Part shown: one piece after another, positions 13,901 to 29,210 of the stretch
Layout of the letters: each line of letters opens with the position of its first letter
How positions within the stretch are numbered: the stretch's first letter is position 1
Assembly: GCA_012295275.1 (NCBI GenBank)
Contig: CM022671.1
Span: forward strand, 17,546,001-17,610,000
Source of the DNA: Chrysomallon squamiferum
Lineage: Eukaryota; Animalia; Mollusca
Direction of reading: 5' to 3'
Length of the DNA: 64,000 bases
Position numbers and translations under genes: made by a program
The notes under the pieces: model-generated
Told to the model about the DNA's origin: nothing
Seen by the model: the letters and a program-made list of their open reading frames with translations, nothing else
Databases searched by the model: none

Positions 13901-14645
13901 CTAAGTATTTCTTCAGAAGGGGAGTCATGGAAACATACAAAGACTACTGAATGTTTCTGTCTAGGTTAGGGTCACATATAAAAAAAAAGTAACTAAATTT
14001 TCGATCAAACACTGTTGGATTTTATCTGATTTCTGATATGTTTGGATAGAAACTCTTCTCAAGATTCTATCTGTGAAAAAATAATACCTCTGCACTGACC
14101 TGCGGACTGCCAGCGTCGTTAAATGTCTTTAGATGACAGTTAAGGAGAATTATTCAACGATGTCAACATGGAGTGGATTACTGAGACTGACTGAAGCTCG
14201 GAGTCGACACTTCTTAAACTGGTGAATGGTTCACACAGAGGTGAAGGAAATTATTTTTGGGGATGAATGACTCTATGGGAGAGAAAGTCAAAATGTATCC
14301 AAGAAAAAAAAAAAAAAAAAAAAAAAACCACCCATAAATAAACAAGTAAATAAATAAATAAATAAATAAATAATACAGAAATTTAGTCCCGGGGAATAAA
14401 ATTTTGCGATAAAAGACCCGAGGTTGTTTAACACTGAAGCACTGATCTGAATTATTTTAAGCTAGGAATGTAAATGTGTAACTTGGTGTAACCAAGACTC
14501 TGGTGACTCTTATTCATTTGACTGATTGATTTATTTGTTTATATTTATAATAAAACAAGTTATTAATCTAGGAAATATAAATATTATAAATAATGACAGA
14601 AGTGTTAAGATAGATCTACATTTGACAGATACAAAAAAAAATAAT

Positions 14646-14681
<36 letters not shown>

Positions 14682-14753
14682 TATATATCTATTGTCTAAA
14701 AGTCAGAGAAAGCTTTTATCTTGAAATACTATAATAAAAAGAAAATTATTTTC

Positions 14754-14784
<31 letters not shown>

Positions 14785-15245
14785 TTTGACCGAGCTTACG
14801 AATAATTTATGCTACAATTAGTCTGTATTGCTCATCTTGAACATAAATAATACACAAACTATTAACAGCATTAAATCGCTTTTGTTTTTGCATCATGCAA
14901 TTTCTACGATAAACAACATTAACCAAAATAAATAAACAAAAGAGAGGAAAAGAAGAATGAGTTTCATAGTTTAACATAAACAGAAGGCTGTTTGGAAAAT
15001 CAGTTGTTATTTTTTGTTGGTTTCTCTTCTTATTGTTGTTGTTATTATTATTGTTGACGTTTTTGTTGTAGATAATTTAAAATGAAACTACCAGGTGAAT
15101 GCTTTAGGAAAATATGCATTTTCGGAATTGCAATGGAATTATGGGCGATGCAACTGAAAGTTGTGTATTCAAGGAACCGAGCAATGAATTGATAGATAAT
15201 TTAAAAAAAACAAGTTCCAATCGTTTAAGGATAATGGAGATCTTT

Positions 15246-15543
<298 letters not shown>

Positions 15544-16165
15544 ACATATACATATACAAATGAAATTTTTATCATGCTGTATGAAGGTTTCAAACAAACT
15601 TGTTTTCTCGTTATTTCATATTTATTCTAAACAGTATAGTGTAATTAAAACTTCTTTTTTTTTTTTTAATTCTTTTTCTTTTTATAATGTAATCTACATA
15701 TCATTATAAAATGCACCGTCTGCACTTCCTACTCTACTGACAGAATTAATAAGACTTCCAGAGCTACAGGATTCCAGTGTTTCTGCGGATTATTGATAAT
15801 ATAATTATAACTGAAATCACATATCAATATCTAAAGATTCTGGAGTCACACTGTAGATTTATGGTAAATTTTTCTTTTTTCATTCAAAACGATGATTCTG
15901 AATATGGGAAGCTATGCCAGTTACAGGGTTGTGAAAATACTGGAACTTTCAATTGCTTTATATTTATAAGTGCTTATAATTTCACTACACAGTTCATTGT
16001 CATTGAATGTCTACGAACAGTACGGGATGATAACCTTAATAATTATTTGAAAAATGGCACAGAAAAAAAGAAAAAAAAAAGTCTGGGTACCACTGACTTT
16101 AAATAAAAGAAACACTGTAATGAAAATTTGTAGTTATAACGAAAATGTTGGTGTTACAACTTTAA

Positions 16166-16229
<64 letters not shown>

Positions 16230-17147
16230 CCACTGATCAAACCATATTGCATTAGCTTCTTAAAGTTTTGTTGGTTTTATGGGGGTTTTCGGTGGGGGTG
16301 GGGCATAGGTGAAAGCTTTCAAAAATGCAGTCACTTTTTACCACATATAAACGAATATGTTTTGACCTTGCTGGAATATTAATAAATTTCTAACCTTATT
16401 TCATTAGAATCTTAATGGTTTTCGTCCAAATACACAAATGTAAAACACGAATCACTTTCCACCCAAACACGAATAGATCATCGTACACCATGCGACATAC
16501 TGAAGACGGTTTTAACACTTCTGTATCGTAGTTATAAAGCATCTGCTTTGTTTTCGAAAATGCCACAAACCTTTAAATGGTATTAATATTCATCTACACA
16601 GTCACATGTCATTCGATATTATATTTATTACCCCCGAGAGGCGAAATATCAGGACGTTTTTTTTTTTTTTGTTCGTGCGTGGGTTAAGCCAATAACGTAA
16701 CGTCCATACGAACGTTTTTACAGATTAGAACTAACGTCGAGATATTTGTAATCTTTGCTCCTAACTCTCAGAAATAAAAGTTGATGGAGAGAGAGAGAAA
16801 AGAGTGGATATCGTTTTAAAAGATTTCCTGCAAATCCTGTTCCAGTGTTATAACTGTTAACAAGCTTTTAAGAGGACGAAGTTTTCGCTTTGCAAAAGAT
16901 ATGTATATATGATTAGTGTGATGAAATGGTTTTTTGAATATTTTAATGGAAATTTTTTTTTTCAATAATTGTTCAAATGTGTAATACAGTTGTTGTTTTT
17001 TTGTCCGTCTGTGTACGTACATACGTATATACAGAAGTAACTAAGCAAAGAATTTACAGAGAAATATTCAATGTTAAAATAATCTCCAGAGCAATAAAAC
17101 AACATTATCATCAGTATCATGATCATTAGCAACAACGAGAAAAACCA

Positions 17148-17203
17148 CAATAATAATAATAATAATAAAAATAAAATAATAATAATAATTATAATAATAA
17201 TAA

Positions 17204-17248
<45 letters not shown>

Positions 17249-17285
17249 TAATAATACTAATAATTACCATAACAACAACAACAAT
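17148..17285. repeat. (AAT)n microsatellite
   Basis: Direct reading. Confidence 0.9.
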
Positions 17286-18211
17286 GAAACCAGTGACGTC
17301 GAAGGATGACTAAATTAACTAACTTCTTGTCGTGCGTCTTTGTTTGGCGTTAATTAACAATGATTAACGCGATAAGCGGGTATCGCTAGGAAAACATGAC
17401 TGAAATGAGTTACGTTTACATTTGCATACAGATAACTCATTTATTTCCCAGACGTGATAATAAATTAGTTCAAAACTGGCAGCATACAGCTTCATATTGT
17501 TACATTTCCATTACACTTACGTCATAAATCATTTCTCTGACGTCATATAAAATATTTAACAGTCTATACCATTAATCTTGTTTCGACTTCGCTGTTTTTT
17601 TCTTTAGTAAAGATAAACGTGCAGAAGTTAATTTTGTTTAAATTAGAAACTAAAAGCTTTTATAAACTGATGTTGTAATGATATTATTATTATCATGATG
17701 CAGTCGTATATCTATTCCTATACCATGTTAATAAGAATTTAAATGAGTGACATACGCACGCATAAGAAAAACATTTTTTTTTTTAGGTTAATCTGAATTT
17801 GATGGATCTGTGTTCTTATTTCATGTTTATAAAAATGATTATAAAAAAACAAAAACAAAAACTATATCTAAAATACTTTATAACAATAAATAAAAATGTA
17901 TATCTAACTTATCTTCATTTTTTTTTATTATAGGAATAAAACCGTACATAACGGAATGATTCAATATGTATTTGATGACTTCGAAATACATATGATTAAT
18001 AACTGCTAATAGCTACACAGGTTTTTCTTTTTCTATACAATAATCATGTGAAAGATCAACTGTTGATTAACTGTATTACGCTTCACAGTTTACTACAAAG
18101 TATGTTCATACATATAAGTAAATATCTGTATACAACAGTCGTGTACACTGGTTGGGAAATAACATAGAGGTGTACTGGATATGACTGATACTGATACCTA
18201 CCACATTATTA

Positions 18212-18360
18212 TTAGCAGCTGTAGTAGCAGCAGTAGTAGAACAGTCGTAGTAGTATTGGCAGTGTATTAGTAGAAATTGTAGCAGTAGTAGTAGCAGCAG
18301 CAGACGTAGTAGTAGTAGTAGTGGCAGCAGTAGCAGTAGTGGTAGTAACAGTAGTATATA

Positions 18361-18416
<56 letters not shown>

Positions 18417-18425
18417 TGTATGTAT
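18212..18425. repeat. Compound (AGT/AGC)n-(TATG)n microsatellite
   Basis: Direct reading. Confidence 0.9.
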
Positions 18426-19569
18426 CGGTTAACATTTTCAGAATACTTTTTTCTTTATATATTTTTCCTTGTATATTTATCCTATTCGGAATAATGCTTA
18501 GATTTAATACAATTTATAGTTAACATTATAATCAATGGAAATTCATTTCTTGAACGGCAACCAACTACAAGAGCTGTTTATTATACGATGAATGAAAAAA
18601 AAAAAAAAAAAAAAAAAAGAAATCGTCGTAGAATGATGAGAAAAAAAAACTCCTTCAAGAAAGACTCTAAAAACAATAAGAATATTCCACACATTATTCG
18701 CTTTCCTGCCACACATTAGCCTGTTTTGAAAACAATTTATTTAGAGTGGCTCTTGGGCGTTTTCCTGACATTTCATCAAATACCTGTAGCCGGTTCAGTT
18801 AGAAGCACACGAACTGGGAATTCTGGCTCAATGACGTACGCGAACAAAACCGCAGAAACAGACATCGGTTCATACCACTTGTAATCCGAAAGTCAAGATG
18901 GAAGCATGCACTCTGTTTTTTTTTCTTTTCTTTTTTTTTTCTGAAAATTTCTTTTCGTTATTCGTTTTCATTTATCTTTTAGAAACAGTCATTTTGTTAT
19001 CCTTCTTTTTTTCTTTTTTTTTTTTTAAACTAAATGTCAATTTTAATTAGGTCTTCGGCATACGATTTCGGAGTTTGAAATATTCACTGGGAAAACTAAC
19101 AAAAGATATGTGTATCTGTTTCAAAACATTAATTAAACGTGATGGGTTATATATAAAAAAAAAACACAAAAAAAAACAACAAAAATTAACTGGGGACATG
19201 CGAAGAGAAACCAGGAATCAGCGACAGTTTTAATTACAAAGGTGAGACCAGGATGCCTCGTTGTAAATTATTCAAGAGACTTAATAACGTTAAGCGTTTG
19301 GACTGGACGTTTTCAATTAGTCAAACCCTTTTGAACGAACATGATGATGACAATCTTTAAAAATTCTCAGATCTTTATTAAGTTAGCTCTCATTTGCTGA
19401 CAGATTATTCCTAAACATATACAGACGCTTACACTCAAGTAATGCAGAAATTAATCTGGGAAAATAAGAATAGATTTCGTGACTGTTGCTGTTATTGTTC
19501 ACTAGCACAGTCTTCTGCTCCTTCGTCCCATCTCCTCCCCTCTCCATCGTCATCATCTTATTATTATTG

Positions 19570-19772
19570 GTAGTAGTAGTAGCAACAGTAGTAGTTATAG
19601 TAGTAGTAGTAGTAGCAGCAACGGTAGTAGTAGTAGTAGTAGCAGCAGCAACGGTAGTAGTAGTAGTACTAATAGTAATAATCTAGCAGCAGGAGCAGTA
19701 GTAGTAGTGGTAGTAGCAGAAGCAGCAACAGCAGTAGTAGTAGTAATAGAAGTAGTAGTAGTAGTAGTAGTA
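19570..19772. repeat. (AGT/AGC)n microsatellite
   Basis: Direct reading. Confidence 0.9.
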
Positions 19773-20309
19773 ATTTTAAAGTTTCAGTTATCGAAACGAA
19801 TTAAAAAAATGATCCATATAGATCTACTCAGAGGTGTAAATAAAAGCAGTTTTTAATAATCGTATTTTGCACAGTTCTGATTTAAATGACTTGGAAACTC
19901 TAAAATAGAAAACCACTCCTTGACAGGAACCGATTCCAGTACATTCGGTTCTGAAGAATATCATTTTATACGGATTCTTCTTCCATGTTTCCTTCACAAT
20001 GCTAATCTACACGAGCAAAGTCGCTGGAAATGACATTGATCATTACCAACACCGCTTCTTAAAGTGTGCTATACTCTAATCGGATTATTTCGGATATTTC
20101 CGTCAATCTGATTACTTCCCAGCCGTGATGCATTGCTAAGATTGTGTAACGACAAATCAAAATATCGCTAATTTCTAATTTTCATATTACACACAAGGTT
20201 AAACATACTACGAGCTTATTGATTAGACAAGAACGCTATACTGGGCGAAAAAAGAAAATGGAAAATGTGTTGAGAAGCTATTTGCGTGTGAAATAGCGAG
20301 AAAAAGAAA

Positions 20310-20328
20310 GAGAGAGAGAGAGTGATGT

Positions 20329-20390
<62 letters not shown>
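20310..20390. repeat. (AG)n microsatellite
   Basis: Direct reading. Confidence 0.95.
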
Positions 20391-20392
<2 letters not shown>

Positions 20393-20901
20393 CTTTTCAG
20401 ATGTTATTAAGAAATGTATATAAATGAGAAATACACCAGGATTTTGTTTTAATAAGATAGTAATTTAAAAAAACGCAAAACACGCACAGTACATTTTCCA
20501 AATTCTGTTTTCCTGAGTGTTATATTTATCACAGAAGATAATTAATAAAAACAGCAAACACAAATAAATAAATAAAAATAAATAAAAATAGAAATTCATC
20601 ACGTTTCTTGGAGACCGCTTTTAATATAAAAGTTTTGTATATTTGATGTTTTATATTGCTTGCTTGCTTATTTTATTTATTTGTTTATTTATTTGTTTAT
20701 TTTAAAATTATAATTTTATTATCAAAACAATAAAGGTCAACGAGCTAATTGTTACTGAACTGCTTTAAAAATAGTGTAATAATTTTGAAAGTCTCAAAAA
20801 GAAATACATATGTGTGGTTGTAAGTAGATGTAGATGGACAAATAGATATACATTATGCATGTATATGCCTGCATGCATGAACATATCTATATATACTTAT
20901 A

Positions 20902-20906
<5 letters not shown>

Positions 20907-20959
<53 letters not shown>

Positions 20960-20985
20960 CACACGCACACACACAGGCATACACA
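20907..20985. repeat. (AC)n microsatellite
   Basis: Direct reading. Confidence 0.95.
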
Positions 20986-21415
20986 CGCCTAGTGTCACCA
21001 AGAAACCAGAAAGCATCGAAAGCCTCTTTCTTCTTCAATCCGAGTTAAACCACTTACCTCCTCACTCTATTTTTTATAGTAACATTTTATGCATATTAAA
21101 TTATGTTTGTGTACATACATTTATATATATATACACATACATACACACTCACACACAAACATACGCACACAGATCTTTGAAAAGCAGAGAATGTAGACAT
21201 TATTAACTCAGTAATGATTTTTTGTTTGTTTGTTTTTGTGTTTTTATACACATATTTATGGGATATCCTTTCATGTTATAGTATTATACTTTTTTATAAT
21301 CTTTTTTATTGTCACTGAAATATGTGTTAGATATAAAACCAGTAATTAATATACTTTGAAATACATAACACAGAAACATAACACATAAAACATACGACTG
21401 GTTTGAAATACTGGA

Positions 21416-21449
<34 letters not shown>

Positions 21450-21974
21450 AAAAAGTCATTATGGTACTTTGAAATACGTAGCAGATATAAAAATATGACT
21501 GGTTAGCCAAACAATATGAGAGTAATTACACCCATTTTGTAGTGCAAAATGCACAGACAAAACATATTAATTACTCGCCATATCGGATCGTGTTGTGTAA
21601 ATAAACAGGTAGTAATTATAGCTACTGTTATCTGCACATTTCACAATAAAAACGCGTGCTGTCTACATGAACCATGCGTTACATAAACACAAACACAGCA
21701 CAGGAAAGTGATCGCTGTTGCTGAGATTACGCAGAGCCAAACATTATTAAGTTAGTGTTATCTTAAAGCTGTACATTTGAAACAGGTTTCTGTCGTTTTG
21801 TATCAAGATTTGTTTCGCCTGGTTGTTATTTATTGACCACCGTCATCGTTGGAAACAACAATAAAAAAAAAAAAAAAAAAAAGAAGAAAAAAAAAAGATT
21901 GAAGGAAAGAAGGAAGGCAAAATGGAAAAGAAGGAAAAAAGTGAATGGATGATTGAAAAATTGTCAGATGATTA

Positions 21975-22079
21975 AGACAGAGAGACAGACAGCAGACAGA
22001 GAGACATACAGACAGGCTGATGGATATAGAGACAGACAGAAAGATAGATAGAGACAGACAGCCAGACAGACAGACAAAC

Positions 22080-22141
<62 letters not shown>

Positions 22142-22145
22142 GTAG
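21975..22145. repeat. (GACA)n/(GATA)n microsatellite
   Basis: Direct reading. Confidence 0.9.
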
Positions 22146-22902
22146 GTGACAGAAATATGGATGTAGAGGGGGAAAAAAAGCAACAAAAAAAAAAATATAA
22201 ACAAAAGAGAGAAAAACGGAAAAAAAGTGAAGTAAGATAGGGAGAAGGAATAAGAAAACAAACAAACAAACAAAGAAACAAACAATAACAACATCAAGCC
22301 AATACTGCACAGTGACCCGAAAGTGAAAAAAAACAAACAAACAACAACACTTCACTTGTTCACATTACACTTCACAGAGCACTACCATTTTATCCGACAG
22401 ACAATCCCAGTTTCGTCTGCTCTGTAAATTTCCACAATTCATAGGAAATACATCTCTAAAGTAAACCGAGAACTCTGTACCGCTTCTAAGTAACCTTATT
22501 AAATATTTGCTCGTGGTAAACTGTCGGAGTTCTTTGTTGACGTGTCTCATTTAACTGTCATAATGCAGGACCGTCATTCCCCTCCTAAACGAGCTACGTA
22601 GTCTGTTATTCCAGAACGTTGCACTGTTTGCCAATTACTTTCCAGAGCGTTCTACGATGTCAATTTGATCTCGATACGAACTTTTCTCGGTTAAAAATAG
22701 TCAGTCCCTCTCCCCCCCGGCCCCCGTTCTAGTGAAAGTCAAATCGATAAGGCAATCGATAACAAAAAGATGTAATAGAAATTCTAGCTTACGTTTTAGA
22801 CGACTAGAAATGAAACTGTCAGATCAGGAAAAGCAAAAGTAAAAGGGGAAAAAAAAAACGAAAAGAAAAAAGAGAGAATGGAAGAGAAAAAGAATTCTAT
22901 GA

Positions 22903-22943
<41 letters not shown>

Positions 22944-23495
22944 TTTTAGACGTTTATTTTATAATTAAACACCTGCAACGAGTTTTTATGGGAAATGGAA
23001 AATGCCGTCGTTTGGACGTGGGACGTTAACCACTGCGACACGCTGTCTCTCACGCTGTGACGTGATGAAGACGTGAATAACGAAGACTTACGGCGACACT
23101 TGCTAATACAGTTTCGTCTAATGAGAGGAGTTTCGTTTTTTTTTTTTTTTTTTTCGTTTTTTTTTTTGTTTAACCTTTAAAAAAGAAATTTAGAAACTAA
23201 AAAAAAAAAAAAAAAAAAAAAAAGAGAAGAAAAGAAATACGATGAACTGGGGTTTTTTTGTTTTGTTTTGTTTTATTTTATTTTTTACTTTTTTATTTTT
23301 TATTATTATTATTATTTTATTATTATTTTTATTTTTTAATTTTTTGTTATTGTTATTGTTTTTATAAAGTTTGATTAATTAATAATTAATATTATTATTA
23401 TTATTATTATTATTATTTTTGTAATTTTTTTTTTAAAGTCAAGCCAAATCAAAAAATAAGACCAGTCATTTCTATCAGTCGTTTTATAAAGTTTG

Positions 23496-23544
<49 letters not shown>

Positions 23545-24154
23545 GTATGATAAACTAGTAGAATTAACAGAAATACATTAACTTTAGATTAATGTAATTA
23601 TTTACAGAGATTTAAGTCCAGTATTTTACAGGCTAGAATGTTCGAGAAAATAAGAAATCTATACAGAACAATCATGATTTTGTTTTTACATTAAGTCTGT
23701 TTCTACTTTTTACTTCGTAGTTTGATTTTCATATTCTTACTTCGTTAAAAAATTAGAGAATTAAAAAAAAATGAAATAAAATAATAATAATAATAATAAT
23801 AAATGTTTTCAAACAGGTTTCATTGCAACAATCGATGACATGTCTTTTAATTTCACATCCTTTTAATAAGCACAATACATTCTTCATTTTACTTTTTTAT
23901 TTATTTATTTATTTATTTATTTTTATTATTATTATTTTTTAATGATTTATAATCGCGATTTATTTCATTATCCTTCGAAACTCTGCTGTCGAAGTTATTA
24001 ATATTTAAATGGATCACAAAATGTAGGCAGTTTTCCTTCACCATTGCAAAAAAAAAAAAAAAAAAAAAAAAATAATAATAATAATAATAAAATAAATAAA
24101 TAAATAAAAAATATATTTAAAAAAAATATATATATACATATACATACATATAAA

Positions 24155-24185
<31 letters not shown>

Positions 24186-24229
24186 AAAAGCTAATTTATT
24201 CTCAAACCAGTCCAACCATCATACAAATG

Positions 24230-24850
24230 ACGAAACTCGCCTGACACGTGTTTGTTTTGCAGCGTAACGGTGCAGCTCGGACTGTGTGTTAATTCAAAAT
24301 GGCTAGCAGCTTTTTTTTTTTTTTTTTTGCGTCGAACCGGTTTCTCTCCTGCATTAACGTTAGCTATCCGCAGGGGGGGTATCGGCTTTCCTGCGTTTCC
24401 TTCAACTGTATCAGTCTGTCACATTGATGAAATATTGGCTGCACCGCACCTCCCTGAACTCCCGATGACGTCATTCGCCAACTTCATATTACACACGTTG
24501 CCAGTAGCGACCGACATCTGCCGCTCGAAGGTATCTAATGATGGGGTTTGTGTTTGTTCGCACGCGCGTTTGGACAAGGCCAATTACTACCGGATGCCGG
24601 CTCGCTTCAGTGCAACAAAAGGAAGATTACAATCTACCTGTTTTCCCGGCTCCGGGTTTGATTCATGCCTGTTGATGCAACAGGTGCACGCTTTGCATGA
24701 AGTCTTTCACCTGTGAACTGGTTTCTGTGATTTGACGCCTCGTGTCGCCAAGAAACCAGAGAGATGGAGACGCGCAGGAAACTGAAAACCGAATGTTCTG
24801 GTTGGACTTCAGAGAGATGGTTTCTCGCAATCCGAGTTTAACCGTTTACT
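24230..24850. other. CpG-rich unique island with internal inverted repeats
   Basis: GC-rich; TTTCCTGCG 24387-24395/CGCAGGAAA 24773-24781 and CTGGTTTCT 24718-24726/AGAAACCAG 24751-24759; CRE-like palindrome ATGACGTCAT at 24465. Confidence 0.5.
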
Positions 24851-24966
24851 TCCTAACTCGATTTTTTTTTTTTTTTTTATCAATAGCATTTCATGTATAA
24901 AGTTAATCATGTTTGCATACAAACATTTATAGATAAAGATAAATACATACATATAAATATATACAT

Positions 24967-25013
<47 letters not shown>

Positions 25014-25783
25014 TACATTATACACATACACAATATACATACATACATCTATGCATACCCATATGCATTTATGTATTCAGACACGTATATACTGTAACAT
25101 ACACACATTTATAACATATAAAAACACAAACACGTTCACACGTATACTACTCTGGTGTATGTTACAGTATATACAGTGCACACACACACACACACACACA
25201 CAGAGCAAAATAAACACTGCCTCAGCATCACAGACAGTTCGCTCAGTTTTAAAGATGGTTAAGGCAGTTTAAGAGTAACAAATACACCACCTTGTCAAAC
25301 TGTAAGCCAAGGATAACTATTTTACTTTCTTTCACTACCATAATAAAAATCGCGATACTGAAGATCATGTTATTATATTTTTCTTTCTCTCAGATTTGCT
25401 AAAAACGAGCCAGTTTTTCATCTCTTTCTTTTTTTTTTTTTTTTTTTTTTATGTCATATCCAGACACGTTTGAACAAAATAGTATTTTCGTTACAGCTAT
25501 TTCTGCTGGTTAGGTGAGAGACTTCGCCGAGAAAACAAACAAACAGGAGCCAAGCAATGTAGAAAACTGCAGCAAAGAAGTAATAAAAAAAAGAAATCAG
25601 CCACTTTGACATTTTTGTTATGCTTGCAGTAATAGAATGTAAGTTAGGACCAGGGTTAATGCAAAGTTTTCAAATGATGTAAGTGGATAGATTGATCTAG
25701 CAGAGATTTCGTTAGCATGCGTACGTAACAGAAGCACATGTAGAATACAAATTTAAATGAATGCTATATCGATACTTATATAG

Positions 25784-25784
<1 letters not shown>

Positions 25785-25840
<56 letters not shown>

Positions 25841-26420
25841 TGTTTTACTGTACTGCAACTGTGTACGATGCTACACTGTAATAAATCAAACTACACTACA
25901 CTTTATAATACACCGTATTTTGTATGTAAAGTGTGCGCTTGGTTGCAATGATATTCTTTGCTTTATATCACATTATACTATTCTATACTATACTATACTA
26001 TACTATATTATACTATACTATATTATACTATACTATACTATATTATATTATACTACACTACACTACACTACACTACACTACACTACACTACACTACACTA
26101 CACTACATTACACTACACTACACTACACTACACTACACTACACTACACACACTACATTACATTACACTACACTACACTACACTACACTACACAATACTAC
26201 ATTACACTACACAACACTACACTGTACTATACTATACTATACTATACTATACTATATCTACTGTACTATATTGCACTGGACTGCATTATATTATATTATA
26301 TTATATTATATATAAGATTATATTATATTATATGTAAGATGATATTATATTATATTATATTATGTTATGATATGATATTATAACATATTATACTATATTA
26401 TATTACATTGCATTGCATTG
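25785..26420. repeat. (GT)n tract followed by a pentanucleotide array grading (ACTAT)n > (ACTAC)n > (ATTAT)n
   Basis: Direct reading; source of the YTTLH/YTILY ORFs. Confidence 0.92.
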
Positions 26421-26758
26421 CATTATATATAAGAAATATTTAGCGCTCTGCAGTTTGCACTCAGTTTGAACTTTTGCAATTTATTGGCGTTTTCATCATT
26501 AATTCATTTATCATCATCATTATCATTGTCATCAACATCATCATTATTATCGTCGTAGCAGTCTCTAAAGATGCTTTTGTTGCTGTTCTTTATGGTCGTA
26601 ATATTGTTCCTGATCTTTTCTTCACAGACACAAGTAATAAACAAACATGTTATTTCTCCATTACTTTTTTACACAACACAATGAAGATAGGCTGATAAGT
26701 ACATAACGTTCAAACGCGTTTCACACAGACCTTTAAGACCTACAGATATGCAGACATA

Positions 26759-26792
<34 letters not shown>

Positions 26793-26863
26793 CATGTATG
26801 TATGTATGTTTGTATAGATGTACATATACATTTATGTCGTATTTGTTTGCGTATGTGTGCACA

Positions 26864-26927
26864 TTTGAAGAATGATTCCTGTATGTGTGTGTTTGTGTAT
26901 ATATATATATAGGAATCATTCTTCAAA
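26864..26927 (+). other. Compact hairpin: 17 bp perfect stem extended by G-U pairs
   Basis: TTTGAAGAATGATTCCT 26864-26880 / AGGAATCATTCTTCAAA 26911-26927; the inner GTATGTGTGTG can pair with (AT)n only through G-U on the + strand. Confidence 0.7.
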
Positions 26928-27485
26928 CATGCATGCATTCTTCAAACGTACATACATATAATGAGACATACAAGTATGTATACATACACACATTCATACA
27001 TAATAAAAAAACAGTAAAAAAAAAAAAAAAAATAAAAACAATTGTATTTGATAATAAAACAGAATATACCACCAAAAAGCAATATCTACACAATGCTTTG
27101 ACAATCATCCACAAAACAGGATAAAAGGAATCAGAGGCACCAGTAAACACACACACACCACACACACACACACACACACAAACACAAAAAAAAACACACA
27201 AAAAAACCCCCCACTAATCATTAACTGAAACAGTTATTCTGGTGACCAGCGCTCTGCCAGTGATGCAGATAGCACTGTAATTGTGTTCGAGTAGTTTACA
27301 AATCACACTGAAACTCTACCTGCAAAGTGATAGATGATGTATCGAACAGATAATCAATATCTCACGTAGCTACCTCCTAATGTTGTATAAATAATTTAAA
27401 AAAACAACAACAGAGAGCACCTTAAATAATGTTATTAAATTAATGCTGTTAAACGAACCTGGCGGAGAAATAAAAATAGACATTT

Positions 27486-27690
27486 AAAATGTATATCTTA
27501 ATTTACAGAGTGAACAGTAAAATATTTATTTTGATTTATATAATGAATAGTAAAATGTATATCTTAAAAAGAATGAAGGGTAAAATATATGTTTTAATTT
27601 ATAGAATGAACAGTAAAATGGAAATCTTAAAACATAGAATGATCAGTAAAAATACATTTTTTTTTATTGAATTTGAATGAAGGATAAAAC
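27486..27690. repeat. Degenerate ~30-33 bp tandem repeat, ~6 copies (AAAATrTATATyTTAATTTAyAGAATGAACAGT)
   Basis: GAATGAACAGTAAAAT-like motif recurs at ~30-33 bp spacing. Confidence 0.8.
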
Positions 27691-27783
27691 ATACTTTTTG
27701 ATCTAAACTAATTTAACGATGATAGGAAAAGTTTGATATACACTTGTTGTTATTTTAGTAATTACCAAACAGAAATTTCTAAA

Positions 27784-27787
<4 letters not shown>

Positions 27788-27870
<83 letters not shown>
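27788..27870. repeat. (CT)n microsatellite (partner of the AG tract at 30647)
   Basis: Direct reading; flanks are complementary to the flanks of 30647-30742. Confidence 0.95.
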
Positions 27871-27875
<5 letters not shown>

Positions 27876-28295
27876 GTTTTCTCTTAGGTGCATACAAATA
27901 AATAAGCAAAAATAAATAAATAAAAAGTATATTTTGAAGTAGATATCGTGATAGTGTCACTGAGTTAGTTTTTTTTTAATAAAGTGAAAGTAAATAAGTG
28001 CATATAAATAAATAATTAAACGTTTTTCTTTCTTTCATGTTTCTACGTAACAAATGCGTCGGTTTATCAAATAAATAAATAAGTGACTGCAGACATAAGA
28101 TAAAAAAAAATATTAATAAAAATTAAAAAATAAAACCATCAGAATTTACAGAAACAAATTATACATAAAATATACTAAACACACACACACATATATATAT
28201 ATATATATTTATTTAAAGTTTAAAAAGAATAATACATACATATTAAATAAGAAAAAACTATTCTATTTTGCATTGGCTTCTGTTTCTCTTTTATG

Positions 28296-28392
28296 AACAC
28301 ACACAAACAAACACCCACATGTACAAAGACACATACACACACACTCGAATTCATATAAACACACACACTCAAACACACACACACATATGCAT

Positions 28393-28441
<49 letters not shown>

Positions 28442-28818
28442 CACTCACTAATTTATTCATTCGTTACTTGATCTTCATCTTTCCTTATCGTTAACAGTCA
28501 AAAATGCAAAAACTTCTCCACATATTAATTTATTCTTCTATGCTCTTCATGTCTCTGCACACAGAGAGTCTGGACTTCAGATTAGTCTTACCAACCGTAC
28601 GTCCGTCAGACTGTTCGTGTTCTGTTCTGCATCAATCATAAAACTAATATCCAATATATAAACTATCTGCCTTTTCATGTCTTACGTGTTCTCTCTTTAT
28701 TAACTGTCTGAGGTGGAGTCTGAACGTTATCTCATGTCTGTTTCTATATCCACATCAGTCTAAACTAAAATACAATTACATGTCGGAAAGAAAATTAAGG
28801 AAGATAAAGTTAATATAT

Positions 28819-28887
<69 letters not shown>

Positions 28888-28916
28888 TGTGTGTGTGTGT
28901 CTGTGTGTGTGTGTGT
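28296..28916. repeat. (AC)n-rich tract (28296-28435) and (GT)n tract (28817-28916) in inverted arrangement
   Basis: Direct reading; inner flanks ATCTTTCCTTA (~28477) / TAAGGAAGAT (~28796) are nearly complementary. Confidence 0.8.
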
Positions 28917-29116
28917 TTAATTATATATATATATATTTATGATGATGATTTTATGCTGAAGATTGATAAACTCATACAAATACTGAAACGCTTATTATTG
29001 TTTTATTGTTTTTCTTCTTATAGTAGTTGTTGACATTGATGTTGTTTTTGTTTTTGTTTTGGAATTATTATTGCTGTTGTTGTTGTTGTGTTGATGTTAA
29101 TAATGATGCTTTGATT

Positions 29117-29117
<1 letters not shown>

Positions 29118-29210
<93 letters not shown>
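29118..29210. repeat. (TAC)n-(TAT)n microsatellite
   Basis: Direct reading. Confidence 0.95.

Noticed and set aside
16330-16400. Further SINE-tail-like remnant (also near 31137)
   Set aside because: Too short and degenerate to call by eye.
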